A DNA stretch of 63,051 bases, counting the filler, from Octopus bimaculoides (taxonomy: Eukaryota): NCBI RefSeq assembly GCF_001194135.2. It is 5 parts of 5 records of this genome, joined end to end, with 100 filler letters (N's around TTAATTAATTAA, not from the genome) between each part and the next. Parts side by side here need not be neighbours in the genome. Positions count along the whole stretch, not along the records: positions 1 to 28,431 come from NC_068996.1; 4 more parts are not named here. One strand, 5' to 3'. The notes beneath the pieces were generated by a model. That model worked only from the letters and a program-made list of their open reading frames with translations, was not told where the DNA came from and searched no databases. Position 1 is the stretch's first letter; each line of letters starts with the position of its first letter. Position numbers and translations under genes: made by a program. Below are positions 1 to 12,315 of this stretch, one piece after another.

Positions 1-129
1 AGAGAGAGAGAGAGAGATAGAGATTAATATTTCTAAGTCTCTCTAAAGGAGACTACAGCAGCGGTACTGGATATTAATAATTATCGCCAAGCCAACATGG
101 CAGTCCCAAATATAGGACAAATGCTGCCG

Positions 130-1975
130 TGGATTAGCTCCAAGAGGCCATCGCCTCTAGCTAGCTATGCGACACACGAATCTGTGTCCTTTATAACTTT
201 CGAACGTGTTGGCTCGGATGCACCGTGTAAACTTTCCCAAGACAGCTGTCAAACTTTACACCAGGGTGTCTGTCAACTGGCTGGCCTGACTTTCTGCGCA
301 CTCATTGTTGCTTAATCCATGTGTAGTAGAACGGAACCTGAGGATAAAGCAGAGTTTTTGCAAATGGGTCGTTCCTGTACAGAGCGAAGAATGCAGTGAG
401 AGTGATTCTGGCACAGAGCGAAGAATGCAGTGAGAGTAGTTTGTCGAGGCTTTNNNNNNNNNNNNNNNNNNNNNNNNNNNNNNNNNNNNNNNNNNNNNNN
501 NNNNNNNNNNNNNNNNNNNNNNNNNNNNNNNNNNNNNNNNNNNNNNNNNNNNNNNNNNNNNNNNNNNNNNNNNNNNNNNNNNNNNNNNNNNNNNNNNNNN
601 NNNNNNNNNNNNNNNNNNNNNNNNNNNNNNNNNNNNNNNNNNNNNNNNNNNNNNNNNNNNNNNNNNNNNNNNNNNNNNNNNNNNNNNNNNNNNNNNNNNN
701 NNNNNNNNNNNNNNNNNNNNNNNNNNNNNNNNNNNNNNNNNNNNNNNNNNNNNNNNNNNNNNNNNNNNNNNNNNNNNNNNNNNNNNNNNNNNNNNNNNNN
801 NNNNNNNNNNNNNNNNNNNNNNNNNNNNNNNNNNNNNNNNNNNNNNNNNNNNNNNNNNNNNNNNNNNNNNNNNNNNNNNNNNNNNNNNNNNNNNNNNNNN
901 NNNNNNNNNNNNNNNNNNNNNNNNNNNNNNNNNNNNNNNNNNNNNNNNNAGATAATCTTGTCAATATTGTTGGGAGGTATCTTTACAGAGAGCCAGATTA
1001 GAATGTGAGCGTGTGTTAGGCTTCTCTTTTGCCATTCAACAGTATACATATCACATCTAAAGGGGCCAAATATTTGCCCTCCCTTAAGAAGCTCCATTAG
1101 TTTGATAAGCTTCAACCGGAAGACTCGCGCTAGGAGGTCATGCCGGTCTTTCACATGCTGGCCTGGAAACAATTCAACTTCGATCTCCTTCCACGAAGGA
1201 TTGCAGGTAAATCTAATGAACAAATCAGGCCTGCCGTAATGACGGACGTAAGTCATAGCATCTTGCGTTCTCTCATGCATATACAGCTGACTTCCAGTGA
1301 AGAAGGATGGCAGCATGCAGAGTTTGCCTACGATATCTGGTGCTGTGTCATTGATGAGGGCGTCTCGCAGATGAATGTAGCTGTCCGATCGCAACTGTTT
1401 CTGGTGTGTTCGGATAAAATAGAGCATCTCTGACACCATTTTGGTGCATACATCCACGGCAAACTGATGAAAATGTTCCCTTCGGCGGTGCATATGGTTG
1501 AAGAAGTTGTCACGAACCATGAAGTGATAAGAATAAAAATTCATGCAAGAAACCGATTTGTTGGTTACGCAATCCGAACTGTGTGATTTGCGCTGATGAA
1601 TTAATTCCAAACCGGTAGCCGTCCTCTCCTCTCACAAAGAGCGGTGGGTATTACAAGGCGTCATAAGATCTGTGCGTCTCATATATGCAGTGAAGGCTGT
1701 TGCCTCTGCGTTTAAGGACAATGTCTCGGTGGTTATATCGATTACCGTGAAGAAGGACAGCTACTTCGTTGCATGTAGGTAAGTTGAAGTATCCAGAGTG
1801 TTCTCCCGACGGACGTTTTGAGCCGTTTATGACAACATTGAAATTTGAGAAAGCAGCTACCTTCAATGCATACTTGAAGCTTATAACGTAGCTGTTGAAC
1901 GTGTGGAGAATATCTTGCAGGTTTCGGATGATGTGGACGTCTGTGCCAGGTGAAATTGAGTGCCGCATTGCTGCT
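130..1975 (-). mobile_element. Helitron remnant (Rep/HUH region of RepHel), frameshifted and gapped
   Basis: ORF 312-1610 contains YVRHYGRPDLFIRFTCNPSWKEI and YTVEWQKRSLTHAHILIW (Helitron Rep motifs). ORF 1651-1968 has RPSGEH..FNLPTCNEVAVL...RDIVL...HRSYDAL. Downstream pieces read TLTAFFALYRNDPFAKTLLYPQVP and LGKVYTVHP. A 35-bp local duplication lies at about 379-449. Confidence 0.92.
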
Positions 1976-1989
1976 TGTTCGTTGGGAGA

Positions 1990-3200
1990 AATTGTGGGTC
2001 TTGGTTAGATAAATTTAAACCCTACCGTAAGCCCTACGAAAAGCTACATTATATTAGCAAAGAATCTAATCATCCACCCGTAATTCTTAAGAATTAAGTA
2101 ATGTAGGAAGGCGAATATCATCAATTTCTTCGGATGAGACATCATTTCAAAATGCTGCGCCGTATGACAATAATGCATTAAGGAAAAGTGGATTCTCGGA
2201 GAAGATCCAGTTTAGTCAAGTTAATTCTAGAAATAATAGGCCACGTAGAACTAGGACTAGGAACGTTTTGTGGTTTAACCCCGCATTTCATATGGCCGTA
2301 AAAACTAACATAGGTAGGGAATTCTTAATATTAGTTTCTAAACATGTTCAATCTAGCCATAAGTTCTATAGAATATTTAATAGGAGAACGTTGAAGGTTA
2401 GCTATTCTTGTTGCAAAAACTTCGCCTCTTTCATTAGCCAGCATAACACAAAAATTATTACAGACAACTACAGTGCCTAAACTAATCTGAGAAACTGCAA
2501 CTTCAAGGATGAGACTTGCTGTCCGCTGGAAGGAAAATGTCTTGAAAAAGGTGTTGTTTATAGAACCAAACCGAACATTGATGGAAGCAGTTGTTATGAT
2601 TAAAACATGCCTCGGAACATACCAAATGCATGTCTGAAATTTCAATCGAATCGGAATATATACAAGGGCTTCAGAGAATTCATTCAACACTCGATTCTAC
2701 TCCCACCGAAATTCTTTCCGATACCCGAGAACAGGACAGTGACTAGTCTGGGAATTAAAAGAGAATGACACCTGTTCATTCAATGTAACCTGGAGAATTC
2801 TATAAAAAGCATCATCATACAGACATGGAGCTTCTAAAAGACCTATGAAATGTAATCTTTGCCTCTCAGAAAAGTTCTTCATCTTGTTCCAGGATAAAAA
2901 CGCTTTGAACCAGAGACGTGAACTCTTAAATTCCTGCAGGCAGTCTACAAAATTTTAAATGTCAACCGACAAAATACCGAATGGGTAAAATGTTTTGACT
3001 TTCGAAATATGTTTTTTGACTGTTGCATTTGAATTTGACTTTACACGGTGTAGTTAATTTGCATCGCAACGCTGTATATTTCGACTTCATTTTTAAGAAA
3101 GCCTTAGACTGTTTTAAAAATTTAATTTTAAACTTAAGCTTCGCTCAGGCTTTTTTAAAATTTTAGTTTTAATTTTTACTCACGTATTTGATTATGTAAT
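1990..3200 (+). mobile_element. Penelope-like element family A, 3' part (RT thumb, linker, GIY-YIG, 3' tail)
   Basis: Broken frames read FKPYRKPYEKLHYISKESNHPPVILKN, RNVLWFNPAFHMAVKTNIGREFL, FNRRTLKVSYSC, CPLEGKCLEKGVVY and RPMKCNLCLSEKFFILFQ. Homologous to 17950-18632 (-). Confidence 0.85.
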
Positions 3201-3268
3201 NNNNNNNNNNNNNNNNNNNNNNNNNNNNNNNNNNNNNNNNNNNNNNNNNNNNNNNNNNNNNNNNNATA

Positions 3269-3311
<43 letters not shown>

Positions 3312-3384
3312 TGTTCCGGCATGATCACGACCGTATGGCTGAAACGAGTAAAAGAGTATACATATTATATATATATATATTATA

Positions 3385-3720
3385 TGTAATTGTAATTGGC
3401 ATCCGTTAGTCTCGAAAGGCTATGGATCTGCACCGTGGATTGGATTGAGGCAGGAGCATCGTTTGTGACTGACAAGGCCAATGCATGAGTGACAGTCACG
3501 GATGCAACTGTCGCAATTGTGGTTGGTCGCTGGATCGTTTGTTGGTGGTTCGGTCTTCCTGCGTCTCCGTCTCTCCTGTCTGACGTATGTGATCTTCTTC
3601 TCTCAAGGTGGTACTCAGCGTCTGTCTCCAGCAGGAACTGTCTATCCCCATGTTCTCCCAGGTTTTGGTATTCATACTCATGGCCGTCATATCACATTTT
3701 CACACATCCTTGAAACGGAG
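3385..3720 (-). mobile_element. RTE-clade LINE 3' end
   Basis: Minus strand reads LRFKDVCKCDMTAMSMNTKTWENM...DCHSCIGLVSHKRC (RTE C-terminal motif), followed by a short 3' UTR and a CAATTA/TA-rich tail. Confidence 0.8.
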
Positions 3721-5143
3721 ATATTATATATATATATATNNNNNNNNNNNNNNNNNNNNNNNNNNNNNNNNNNNNNNNNNNNNNNNNNNNNNNNNNNNNN
3801 NNNNNNNNNNNNNNNNNNNNNNNNNNNNNNNNNNNNNNNNNNNNNNNNNNNNNNNNNNNNNNNNNNNNNNNNNNNNNNNNNNNNNNNNNNNNNNNNNNNN
3901 NNNNNNNNNNNNNNNNNNNNNNNNNNNNNNNNNNNNNNNNNNNNNNNNNNNNNNNNNNNNNNNNNNNNNNNNNNNNNNNNNNNNNNNNNNNNNNNNNNNN
4001 NNNNNNNNNNNNNNNNNNNNNNNNNNNNNNNNNNNNNNNNNNNNNNNNNNNNNNNNNNNNNNNNNNNNNNNNNNNNNNNNNNNNNNNNNNNNNNNNNNNN
4101 NNNNNNNNNNNNNNNNNNNNNNNNNNNNNNNNNNNNNNNNNNNNNNNNNNNNNNNNNNNNNNNNNNNNNNNNNNNNNNNNNNNNNNNNNNNNNNNNNNNN
4201 NNNNNNNNNNNNNNNNNNNNNNNNNNNNNNNNNNNNNNATAAACCATCATTTATGAGGCTACTGTGGACTCTATATCCACTAAGGACACAGTTTCGACGA
4301 AGAAATACGTGGGCCTCACAGAGGGTAATTTCAAGGCCAGATTCAATATTCAATAATCACACTTTGAGTTTCAGGCACTGGGACAAGAGGAAAACGACAA
4401 AATTATGGTCTTTAAAAGATAAAGGTGTCAGTTACAACATCCATTGGAAGATCTTAGCCAAGTGTAAACCTTACACCAGCGGCAGCGGAAGGTGCGGTCT
4501 ATGTGATATGGAAAGATGACTCATCTGGAAAGGCAGCTTAGACCCCGCCACATGTCTAAATTCAAGGACTGAACTTTTCGGATCATGTCTACATGTGGCT
4601 AAATATTTGCTACGTTTTTGGTCCCACTGAGTTTACTGATAGGACTTGCTTTCTATATTGTGTCTATGTATAAGCTTTTTATCTCTCTATATTTTTACTT
4701 AGATTTCTTATATATATTTTTTTTTACATAATTATAGAGTTAATGTTTTGTATTTTTCCACACATATTTTTTTTTCTCCCCTCCATCCTGCTTTTCCCTG
4801 TGCGTCTATAGACACGTACATGGAACCTTATGTGCGCGCTTGTGAATGTGTGCGTGTGTGCGGATACGTGCATAATAAGATGTATGTGCGAGCATGCGAA
4901 AATATGCGCATATAGCTTTTTCACACTTTCTTCTGTATTTTGCTTTTAGCCCTATGATGATTTTTTTTCTGCATGCGTGTGTATGGGTGCGAGGTTGTTG
5001 AGTGCGTATGTGTGTGGGTGTGTATGCGGGTATACCCGTGTATGCGGGTATATATATGTATATGTACATATTTGTATAGTTTTTGGCGAGTATGTGGGTG
5101 AGCATGTGTGTGTTTCAAGCGAGGGTGGTTTAGTATATGCATA

Positions 5144-6826
5144 CAGTGGGGGAAATTAATATTCGTACATGTCAAAATTCTTTATTTATTTAATTTCTAA
5201 TGAACATGAATGGGATATACCAATACCATATTTGCATACACATGCATAAACTAAGAATATGCAAAAGAAACTGATAAATTATAGTAACTGATGAATTTAT
5301 ATACAATTACAAATATTTAGGGGTGAAAAAGTATTCGTACAGAATAAATCTATGAGTTTCTATGCCACAAAATACTGTTAAAATATGTTTTTTTACTAGA
5401 ATTTTCTCGTTTGTTCCAATAATCTTAGCAGTGGTCATTTTTAAGTGTCAAAACGCTAGCTTCTTCATTCAGCACTGAGACAACAGAAAGTAGTGTCGTA
5501 ATAATGGCGAAAAGTAAAGAACTCACAAATTCAGTGAAAAACTTTATTATTGAACAGTGGAAAGCAGGTAAAAGTTACAGGAAAATATCAGAGACCCTTT
5601 GTATTCCATTTTCTACCATATCTTCTTTTATTCAAAGATATAAAAAATCGGGAACTGTTGAAAACAGAATAAGATCCGGTGCACCACACAAGATTTCCCC
5701 TAGATCTTTAAGAAAAATGAAGTGAAGTATCGNNNNNNNNNNNNNNNNNNNNNNNNNNNNNNNNNNNNNNNNNNNNNNNNNNNNNNNNNNNNNNNNNNNN
5801 NNNNNNNNNNNNNNNNNNNNNNNNNNNNNNNNNNNNNNNNNNNNNNNNNNNNNNNNNNNNNNNNNNNNNNNNNNNNNNNNNNNNNNNNNNNNNNNNNNNN
5901 NNNNNNNNNNNNNNNNNNNNNNNNNNNNNNNNNNNNNNNNNNNNNNNNNNNNNNNNNNNNNNNNNNNNNNNNNNNNNNNNNNNNNNNNNNNNNNNNNNNN
6001 NNNNNNNNNNNNNNNNNNNNNNNNNNNNNNNNNNNNNNNNNNNNNNNNNNNNNNNNNNNNNNNNNNNNNNNNNNNNNNNNNNNNNNNNNNNNNNNNNNNN
6101 NNNNNNNNNNNNNNNNNNNNNNNNNNNNNNNNNNNNNNNNNNNNNNNNNNNNNNNNNNNNNNNNNNNNNNNNNNNNNNNNNNNNNNNNNNNNNNNNNNNN
6201 NNNNNNNNNNNNNNNNNNNNNNNNNNNNNNNNNNNNNNNNNNNNNNNNNNNNNNNNNNNNNNNNNNNNNNNNNNNNNNNNNNNNNNNNNNNNNNNNNNNN
6301 NNNNNNNNNNNNNNNNNNNNNNNNNNNNNNNNNNNNNNNNNNNNNNNNNNNNNNNNNNNNNNNNNNNNNNNNNNNNNNNNNNNNNNNNNNNNNNNNNNNN
6401 NNNNNNNNNNNNNNNNNNNNNNNNNNNNNNNNNNNNNNNNNNNNNNNNNNNNNNNNNNNNNNNNNNNNGCATTCCAGATTTGAAGAAAATTTGTCAAGAA
6501 GAATGAGGAAAAATTCCTAAAGAAACATGTGAATCATTGATTAAGAACTACAAGAAGAGATTGGTTGAAGTGGAACTGAATAATGGTTATGCTACGAAGT
6601 ATTAAATCAGAATTATCAGTTATTTATGTTCTGTACGAATACTTTTTTCACCCCTAAATATTTATATTTGTATATAAATTCATTAGTTACTATAATTTAT
6701 TAGTTTCTTTTGTATATTCTTAGTTTATGTATGTGTATGCAAATATAGTATGGGTATATCCCATTCATGTTTATTAGAAATTAAATAAAGAATTTTGACG
6801 TGTACGAATATTAATTTCCCCCACTG
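5144..6826 (+). mobile_element. Tc1 DNA transposon, IR/DR (Sleeping Beauty-like) type, about 1.68 kb
   Basis: TIRs of about 200 bp start CAGTGGGGGAAATTAATATTCGTAC (5144) and end GTACGAATATTAATTTCCCCCACTG (6826). TA dinucleotides flank it at 5142-43 and 6827-28. The internal DR TATTCGTACA occurs at 5160, 5332, 6632 and 6801. Confidence 0.95.
5504..6605 (+). pseudogene. Tc1 transposase pseudogene (middle hidden in N gap)
   Basis: N-terminus MAKSKELTNSVKNFIIEQWKAGKSYRKIS..RSGAPHKISPR (paired-like HTH). C-terminus LKKICQEE*GKIPKETCESLIKNYKKRLVEV..NGYATKY*. In-frame stops at 5723 and in the C-terminal part. Confidence 0.88.
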
Positions 6827-7000
6827 TATAGGTGAATGTACGGATTGGTACGCTTACGCGAACACTATGGACTTTTCTACTCCCTTACCTTTACCCCCTC
6901 CCCTTACTTAGCGGTCTACAGCTCTTTTGTCTTAATAACGGTCAACCACACAGTAATTTCCCTTTGTTTAACAGTCATTTTTCACAGGAATTTTCAGTGA

Positions 7001-7068
7001 CCGGATAACTGAAGAGATGTTAGCGTGAGTTCCTACCCCGGCATCCGAAACTCGGAGTTTTATCATGG
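7001..7068 (+). ncRNA. Type I hammerhead ribozyme motif in PLE terminal repeat (core intact)
   Basis: Stem I GATAA(7004-08)/TTATC(7060-64); CTGAAGA 7009-15; stem II GATGTT/GGCATC(C); GAAA 7047-50; stem III ACT-CGG-AGT; predicted GUU cleavage after 7059. Confidence 0.65.
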
Positions 7069-7902
7069 CTACCGAATAAGTGTCACATATATTTACATAA
7101 TATAGAGGTCTCTTTCTTTCTTTTGTTGTCCTTTCTATCAATAATATATATAATATTAGGGACAAAATCCAAAATTACAGGTAAAAACTCAATTAAAATC
7201 AATCAATTTATAAAAAATTAAAATTAAATTGAGCTTTATAGATTATAATATATATAAAAATATATAGTTTTAGGGAAAAGAACCAAGTTTCAAGAACTCA
7301 TCGATGAAAATTCACTATNNNNNNNNNNNNNNNNNNNNNNNNNNNNNNNNNNNNNNNNNNNNNNNNNNNNNNNNNNNNNNNNNNNNNNNNNNNNNNNNNN
7401 NNNNNNNNNNNNNNNNNNNNNNNNNNNNNNNNNNNNNNNNNNNNNNNNNNNNNNNNNNNNNNNNNNNNNNNNNNNNNNNNNNNNNNNNNNNNNNNNNNNN
7501 NNNNNNNNNNNNNNNNNNNNNNNNNNNNNNNNNNNNNNNNNNNNNNNNNNNNNNNNNNNNNNNNNNNNNNNNNNNNNNNNNNNNNNNNNNNNNNNNNNNN
7601 NNNNNNNNNNNNNNNNNNNNNNNNNNNNNNNNNNNNNNNNNNNNNNNNNNNNNNNNNNNNNNNNNNNNNNNNNNNNNNNNNNNNNNNNNNNNNNNNNNNN
7701 NNNNNNNNNNNNNNNNNNNNNNNNNNNNNNNNNNNNNNNNNNNNNNNNNNNNNNNNNNNNNNNNNNNNNNNNNNNNNNNNNNNNNNNNNNNNNNNNNNNN
7801 NNNNNNNNNNNNNNNNNNNNNNNNNNNNNNNNNNNNNNNNNNNNNNNNNNNNNNNNNNNNNNNNNNNNNNNNNNNNNNNNNNNNNNNNNNNNNNNNATAT
7901 AT

Positions 7903-7949
<47 letters not shown>

Positions 7950-7969
7950 TATATATACATATACATATA

Positions 7970-8700
7970 TCTCCGTTTCAAGAATATTTCCTCTTATTAC
8001 CTAAATGTCCAAATAGGTTTGTCTCTCAATATTTTTCCGTGGTATTTATTTTTTTAAATCTAGTAGATACTGTCCTGGGCGTTTTCAGGCTCCTTACCAC
8101 ATACACCATTTTCCCATTCATTTATTTATCTTATCCCGTATAACGGTCTGAATAGCTGGTCTTTTGTTCTTAAATTTTAACTGACCAATTATATCGAACG
8201 TTGGACCTTGGCCTATCTTACTTCGGACAACAGGTGGAAGGGCTTAACCACCTACTAGTAAATAAAATAATATTTTTAATCGATTAGCTCTTTATTATGA
8301 TAAAAACTATTTATTAGTACTATAAACATAATTATTTAAAATTATTGTGATTAATTAAAAAATTTATTGTATTTTCACCTCTTCTTCGACTAAAACCTAT
8401 TGGCGTATCTCACTACCGCCCTCATAAAATCTATTTTTTATTCTTTTTTTGCATAAATATTTAAATTCCTCTCCCAAATATATAAATAATAACTTTTCGC
8501 TGAATAATGGAATGTCTATGTGAGTACATTGAAACGCTAAATAATTAATAGTTACTATATAATATCGAATCATTTTTCTCATTTATTTCCCAAATCATTT
8601 ATGTTTATTTATTCCTCCTCAAAAATCTATTTAATCTCTCAATTGGTTTTCAATACCCTTAACAGCCCATAACTGCCCATAACTGCCCATATTCTAATTA
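7970..8700 (-). mobile_element. Highly decayed Penelope-like element (RT thumb to GIY-YIG)
   Basis: Fragmentary minus-strand similarity: DFMRAVVRYANRF..EEEVK (thumb-like) and MVYVVRSLKTPRTVSTRFK (YIG-like). Many stops. Confidence 0.38.
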
Positions 8701-8797
8701 AACGTCCTAATAAACTATTGTTTACGTTATTTGAATATTTGAAAATACGGTCCTCATCTTAGTTATTTCGTTGCTCACCACCAGAAAGTAAACATCC

Positions 8798-8898
8798 CCC
8801 CTGATGATATCCCTAAATAATGTGGGGTTATTTAAAATCTAACATCGTTTGAATGGTGATGATCGGAACCTATTGACTGGATTGAAACTTATGTAGGG
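8798..8898 (+). ncRNA. Hammerhead-like motif with long stem-II loop
   Basis: CCC-CTGATGA(8801-07)-TATCC...GGATT-GAAAC(8884-88)-TTAT-GTA-GGG. Stem I is only 3 bp and the stem II closing pair is mismatched. Confidence 0.4.
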
Positions 8899-9049
8899 TT
8901 CTTTTTTATTTATTTCTTTTGTTGATTCTGTTCCTTTCAGTCTCAAATCTTATATGTATTACTTTTTTTCATCGTAATACAAAAGAAAAAATAGTACTCG
9001 AATACTTTTTTTTACAGAAATCCCTTCTAAGTATAGGAACAAAGTCTAG

Positions 9050-9190
9050 TTGATAACATCAACCCCATCCCGAAAGGATGAAGGTCAAAGTCAACTCCGG
9101 CAGGATTTGAATTCAAAATGTAAAGCTGGATGAAATGCTACCAGACAGTTTGTCAGATGTGTTACCCATTCTGCCAAGTCACCGCCCTAT
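9050..9190 (-). mobile_element. tRNA-derived SINE (family with GCCTTTCATCCTTTCGGGGTCG core), decayed
   Basis: CCCGAAAGGATGAAGGTCAAAGTCAACTCCGGCAGGATTTGAATTC is the reverse complement of the core and B-box seen in the 48725-49115 and 57469-57710 copies. Confidence 0.7.
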
Positions 9191-9359
9191 ATTTTTTTAA
9201 GAAACAAGCAACACCTTCTCATTACTTGATTAACATTCAAATGTCAATTGGGTAGATACGAATTTATATATTTCATAAATGGTCCAGTTAGCCAACCTTC
9301 TTTTCCATCCGCTTTCGAGTTGAAATATTCATATAGAAAGAAATAATCCTTTTCTACAT

Positions 9360-10200
9360 TTTCTGAAGATCGTTGAAGGGTGAATTATGCAACGATTAAC
9401 ATTACGACGGAAACAATTCATCATTCATGACAGCAACGTTGACACATTGTGCAGAATCCCGATGTTTTCATCAGCATCATCCATTAAGTAACTTATTCAC
9501 ATCTTTTACTAATTTGCAAATTGTACATTCGACAAGTATGTGGATCTGCTTCACCAACTGTCTAACATTTTTAATTGTGTCTACAGAGATTTGCAGTCCT
9601 TAGCTCACTTACATATACTTGGAAAAGAAATGAACAGAACACGATCCACCTGGAAACCTATGCTAAAATTGACCTTTCATCATCACTCGGTCGGTCATGT
9701 TTGGTGCTAACATTATTGTTCACTCTATTTCTTTCACTTAACATGGAGAAAAACTTTTGTATTTTGGACTCGTAGCTGCATATTAACGATAAAATCTTTT
9801 CTTTATTTTTCTGCCTGATGAATGCACTTGCATTTGTTACAAAATTTCATCTCATCAACTAATTTGATCTCATTTGTTATAAAAAATTGACTTCAACTAA
9901 AAGCAGCTTCTCTTGAAGTTACGATGCCACGGAGATTAAACACCTCAAACCAATAGTTGCATAGAAATATGTAAAAATGCAACTACCTCAGAAATTTGCA
10001 CTATGATTCTATTTTGTTTTTATCATTACAATGTTTATTTTCTCTTGGACTGTTTACATATTGGTATCTTGTTTATATACATATATTTATGTCAAAGAAC
10101 ACTAAAGAATTCCAACTGTTGTGTTGGACTATATAATTAGATATATTTTGGACAGGTTTTGAGGTATTTCACATAATCTGCTATATATTTACTTTTAAAT
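9360..10200 (-). mobile_element. Highly decayed Penelope-like element (thumb and endonuclease remnants)
   Basis: Weak minus-strand motifs WLRCLISVAS..EKLLLVEVNFL (thumb-like) and a YIG-like segment. Heavily frameshifted. Confidence 0.3.
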
Positions 10201-10454
10201 ACTTCACAAAATTATTTCAGGAATACGTTTGTTTCATTCTTGTTCAACGGGTGACCTATCAGTCTGTAAGACTCTATATAGTCCAGTAAAAGTTATCCAA
10301 TGAAATTAATTTGAGCGAAACATAACTGTAAGGATGATAACGATCGCTTAATTGTGGATATATTATCTTCACTATTGAGTGATTTTACTGCAAAAACTTT
10401 TACATAAATGAGTAAGTATAGTACTTAGATGAAGTTTATCTTTCATATTTTCCT

Positions 10455-10620
10455 TGTTGAGTCATTGGACTGTACTATGCTGAGGCACCGCCTTGAAGTA
10501 ATTTTAGTCGAATGAATTGAGCCCAGAACTTATTTTTTAAGCCTGGAACTTGAACTACCAGTTTCTTTTTCCGAAACATAAGTGGTAGTGAGAGGTCAAA
10601 CACAGACACAAAGACATACA
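10455..10620 (-). mobile_element. SINE 3' part (microsatellite-containing octopus-type family), followed by (TACA)n
   Basis: GTCATTGGACTGTACTATGCTGAGGCACCGCCTTGAAG..GTCGAATGAATTGAGCCCAGAACTTATT matches the copies at 40061-40429 and 62714-63046. Confidence 0.7.
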
Positions 10621-10869
10621 TACATACATACATACATACATAAATACATGCATACATACATACATACATATATACATACATGCATACATACAAACATACA
10701 TACATACATACATACATACATACATACATACATACATACATACATACATACATACATACATACATGTTATTTCATTCCACGCACTGAGGATAGTTAAAAT
10801 ATGTTTTTAATTATATTTGAAGATTCAACGGTTTCACAATTTCCAATGATTTTCAAAAAGTTGAAATAG

Positions 10870-12315
10870 AAAGATGCGGCTTATGTCGCAGCTGTCTTGC
10901 TTCTTACTAGAGTTTGAAGCTTGCCCATTATTATAGGGAGTTCATGGCTCAAATTAGTATATGTTTCAAATAGGATTTGATTGGTAGAGGATAGTCATAT
11001 GATTAGTCTTAGAAATTTTTGTAGGTTTCCCGCTACGTCCGTATGTTAGTATCAAGTGAAATGTATATCTGTTTTGTAGTGTTCAATATCCATAACTATA
11101 ACATTTCCCTTTTCTGCTTCCTTAATTATTATGTCGTTATTATTTTTCAGTTCATGTAAAATATCCCAGTTATATTGATATTGAGCTTGATTTTAGGGTG
11201 TGGAAGTTCTTTGTAAGAGAAGGTAGATGTAAAGTCACAAAATTTATCTAAAGCTTTATTTTTACCTTTCGTAGGTTTCTAATCGCCCTTGTTTCTTACA
11301 ATTTCTTCGTCCCTGTTTTCTTTATCGTACAGTTCTTGTTAGACGTAGTTTTCTCTCTGTTAACTTGTCCTCTTTTGTATCGATTTGTACATTTGTTGTT
11401 CTGGATTGTGGTTGTTTCTCTCTGTAATTGATTTTTAAGTTAATATTTTTTATCCGTTGTGCATCTCGGAAGAGTTTTGGAGAAAGTTCAGTCCAGTCGG
11501 AGGGAAAACTTCGATTCTTTTAGTTGATTTTTTTATTTTGTCGAAGTTATCGTGAATTGACCATTTGAAATTGGTGAATATAATTTCCATATTTAGGTGT
11601 TTGATTAATCTCCCACCGTTGAAGAGATGTTAATTCTTCGTTTCCGCATTTTTCTCTCCAAAGTTTGATATTGTTTTCTCGGCCTTCGGATGTCTTTGAA
11701 ATTTCTGTTTGCATGTGTGCATCAATTGTTTAAATTTTTCTACGTTGGAATATGCCTTTAACCTTAATAGCTAGATTTCCATTTTGAATTTATCGAGAGC
11801 CATCTTTTTTTTTTATAAGTTTTTGTTGTTGTTCGACTTCATTAGCGATAGGTTTTATTTGTAGTTTCTTTGGGAGGATGATCGCTATCTTTCATATATT
11901 TCCACTTAGCTATTACTTTTGATAAACTTCCAAAAGGCAAATTTACGGGCTGTGAGATTTTGGTTCTATATGTGTTTAATAGTGTTTTCGATTGCAAGCT
12001 GATGTTATCTTTTTGTTCAGTTTTTGAATTTACTTCCCATTTCGAGAGCATCGCTGTTTCTATAGTTTTACATAATTGGTTGAGAGTTTGGATAACTACT
12101 GTTTCTCCGTTTTTCTTCATTCTAGAAGCGTTTCCTTAGTGTAGTTCTGTATCTCTCTGATTTTGTTGGATAAGACTGTGAGCTTGGATAACTCTTTCAG
12201 TTCTTTTAGCATTTCTAGATTCAACATGTTTTCTTTTTGGTCGGGTTTTGTGGCATTTCCGTTCTTCGTGTGGTGAGTATATACAGAAAACAAAGTTATT
12301 TTATTCCCCACCGGT
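10870..12315 (-). mobile_element. Penelope-like element, N-terminal/pre-RT portion
   Basis: Minus strand reads DTKEDKLTERKLRLT / ELYDKENRDEEIVRNK / KPTKGKNKALDKFCDF / LKNNNDIIIKEAEKGNVIVMD (the PLE RKLRL and IK.ADKG motifs). RT core absent. Confidence 0.65.

Larger units (their letters stand above)
4239..7140 (+). mobile_element. Penelope-like element family B, 3' part (GIY-YIG plus terminal repeat), interrupted by a Tc1 at 5144-6826
   Basis: 4239-4830 is the reverse complement homolog of 13080-13755 (IIYEATVD..KKYVGLTEGNFKAR..KCKPYTSGSGRCGLC). 7052-7135 matches the 5' end of the 13075-15369 copy. Continuity across the Tc1 is inferred from the flanking TA duplication. Confidence 0.78.
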
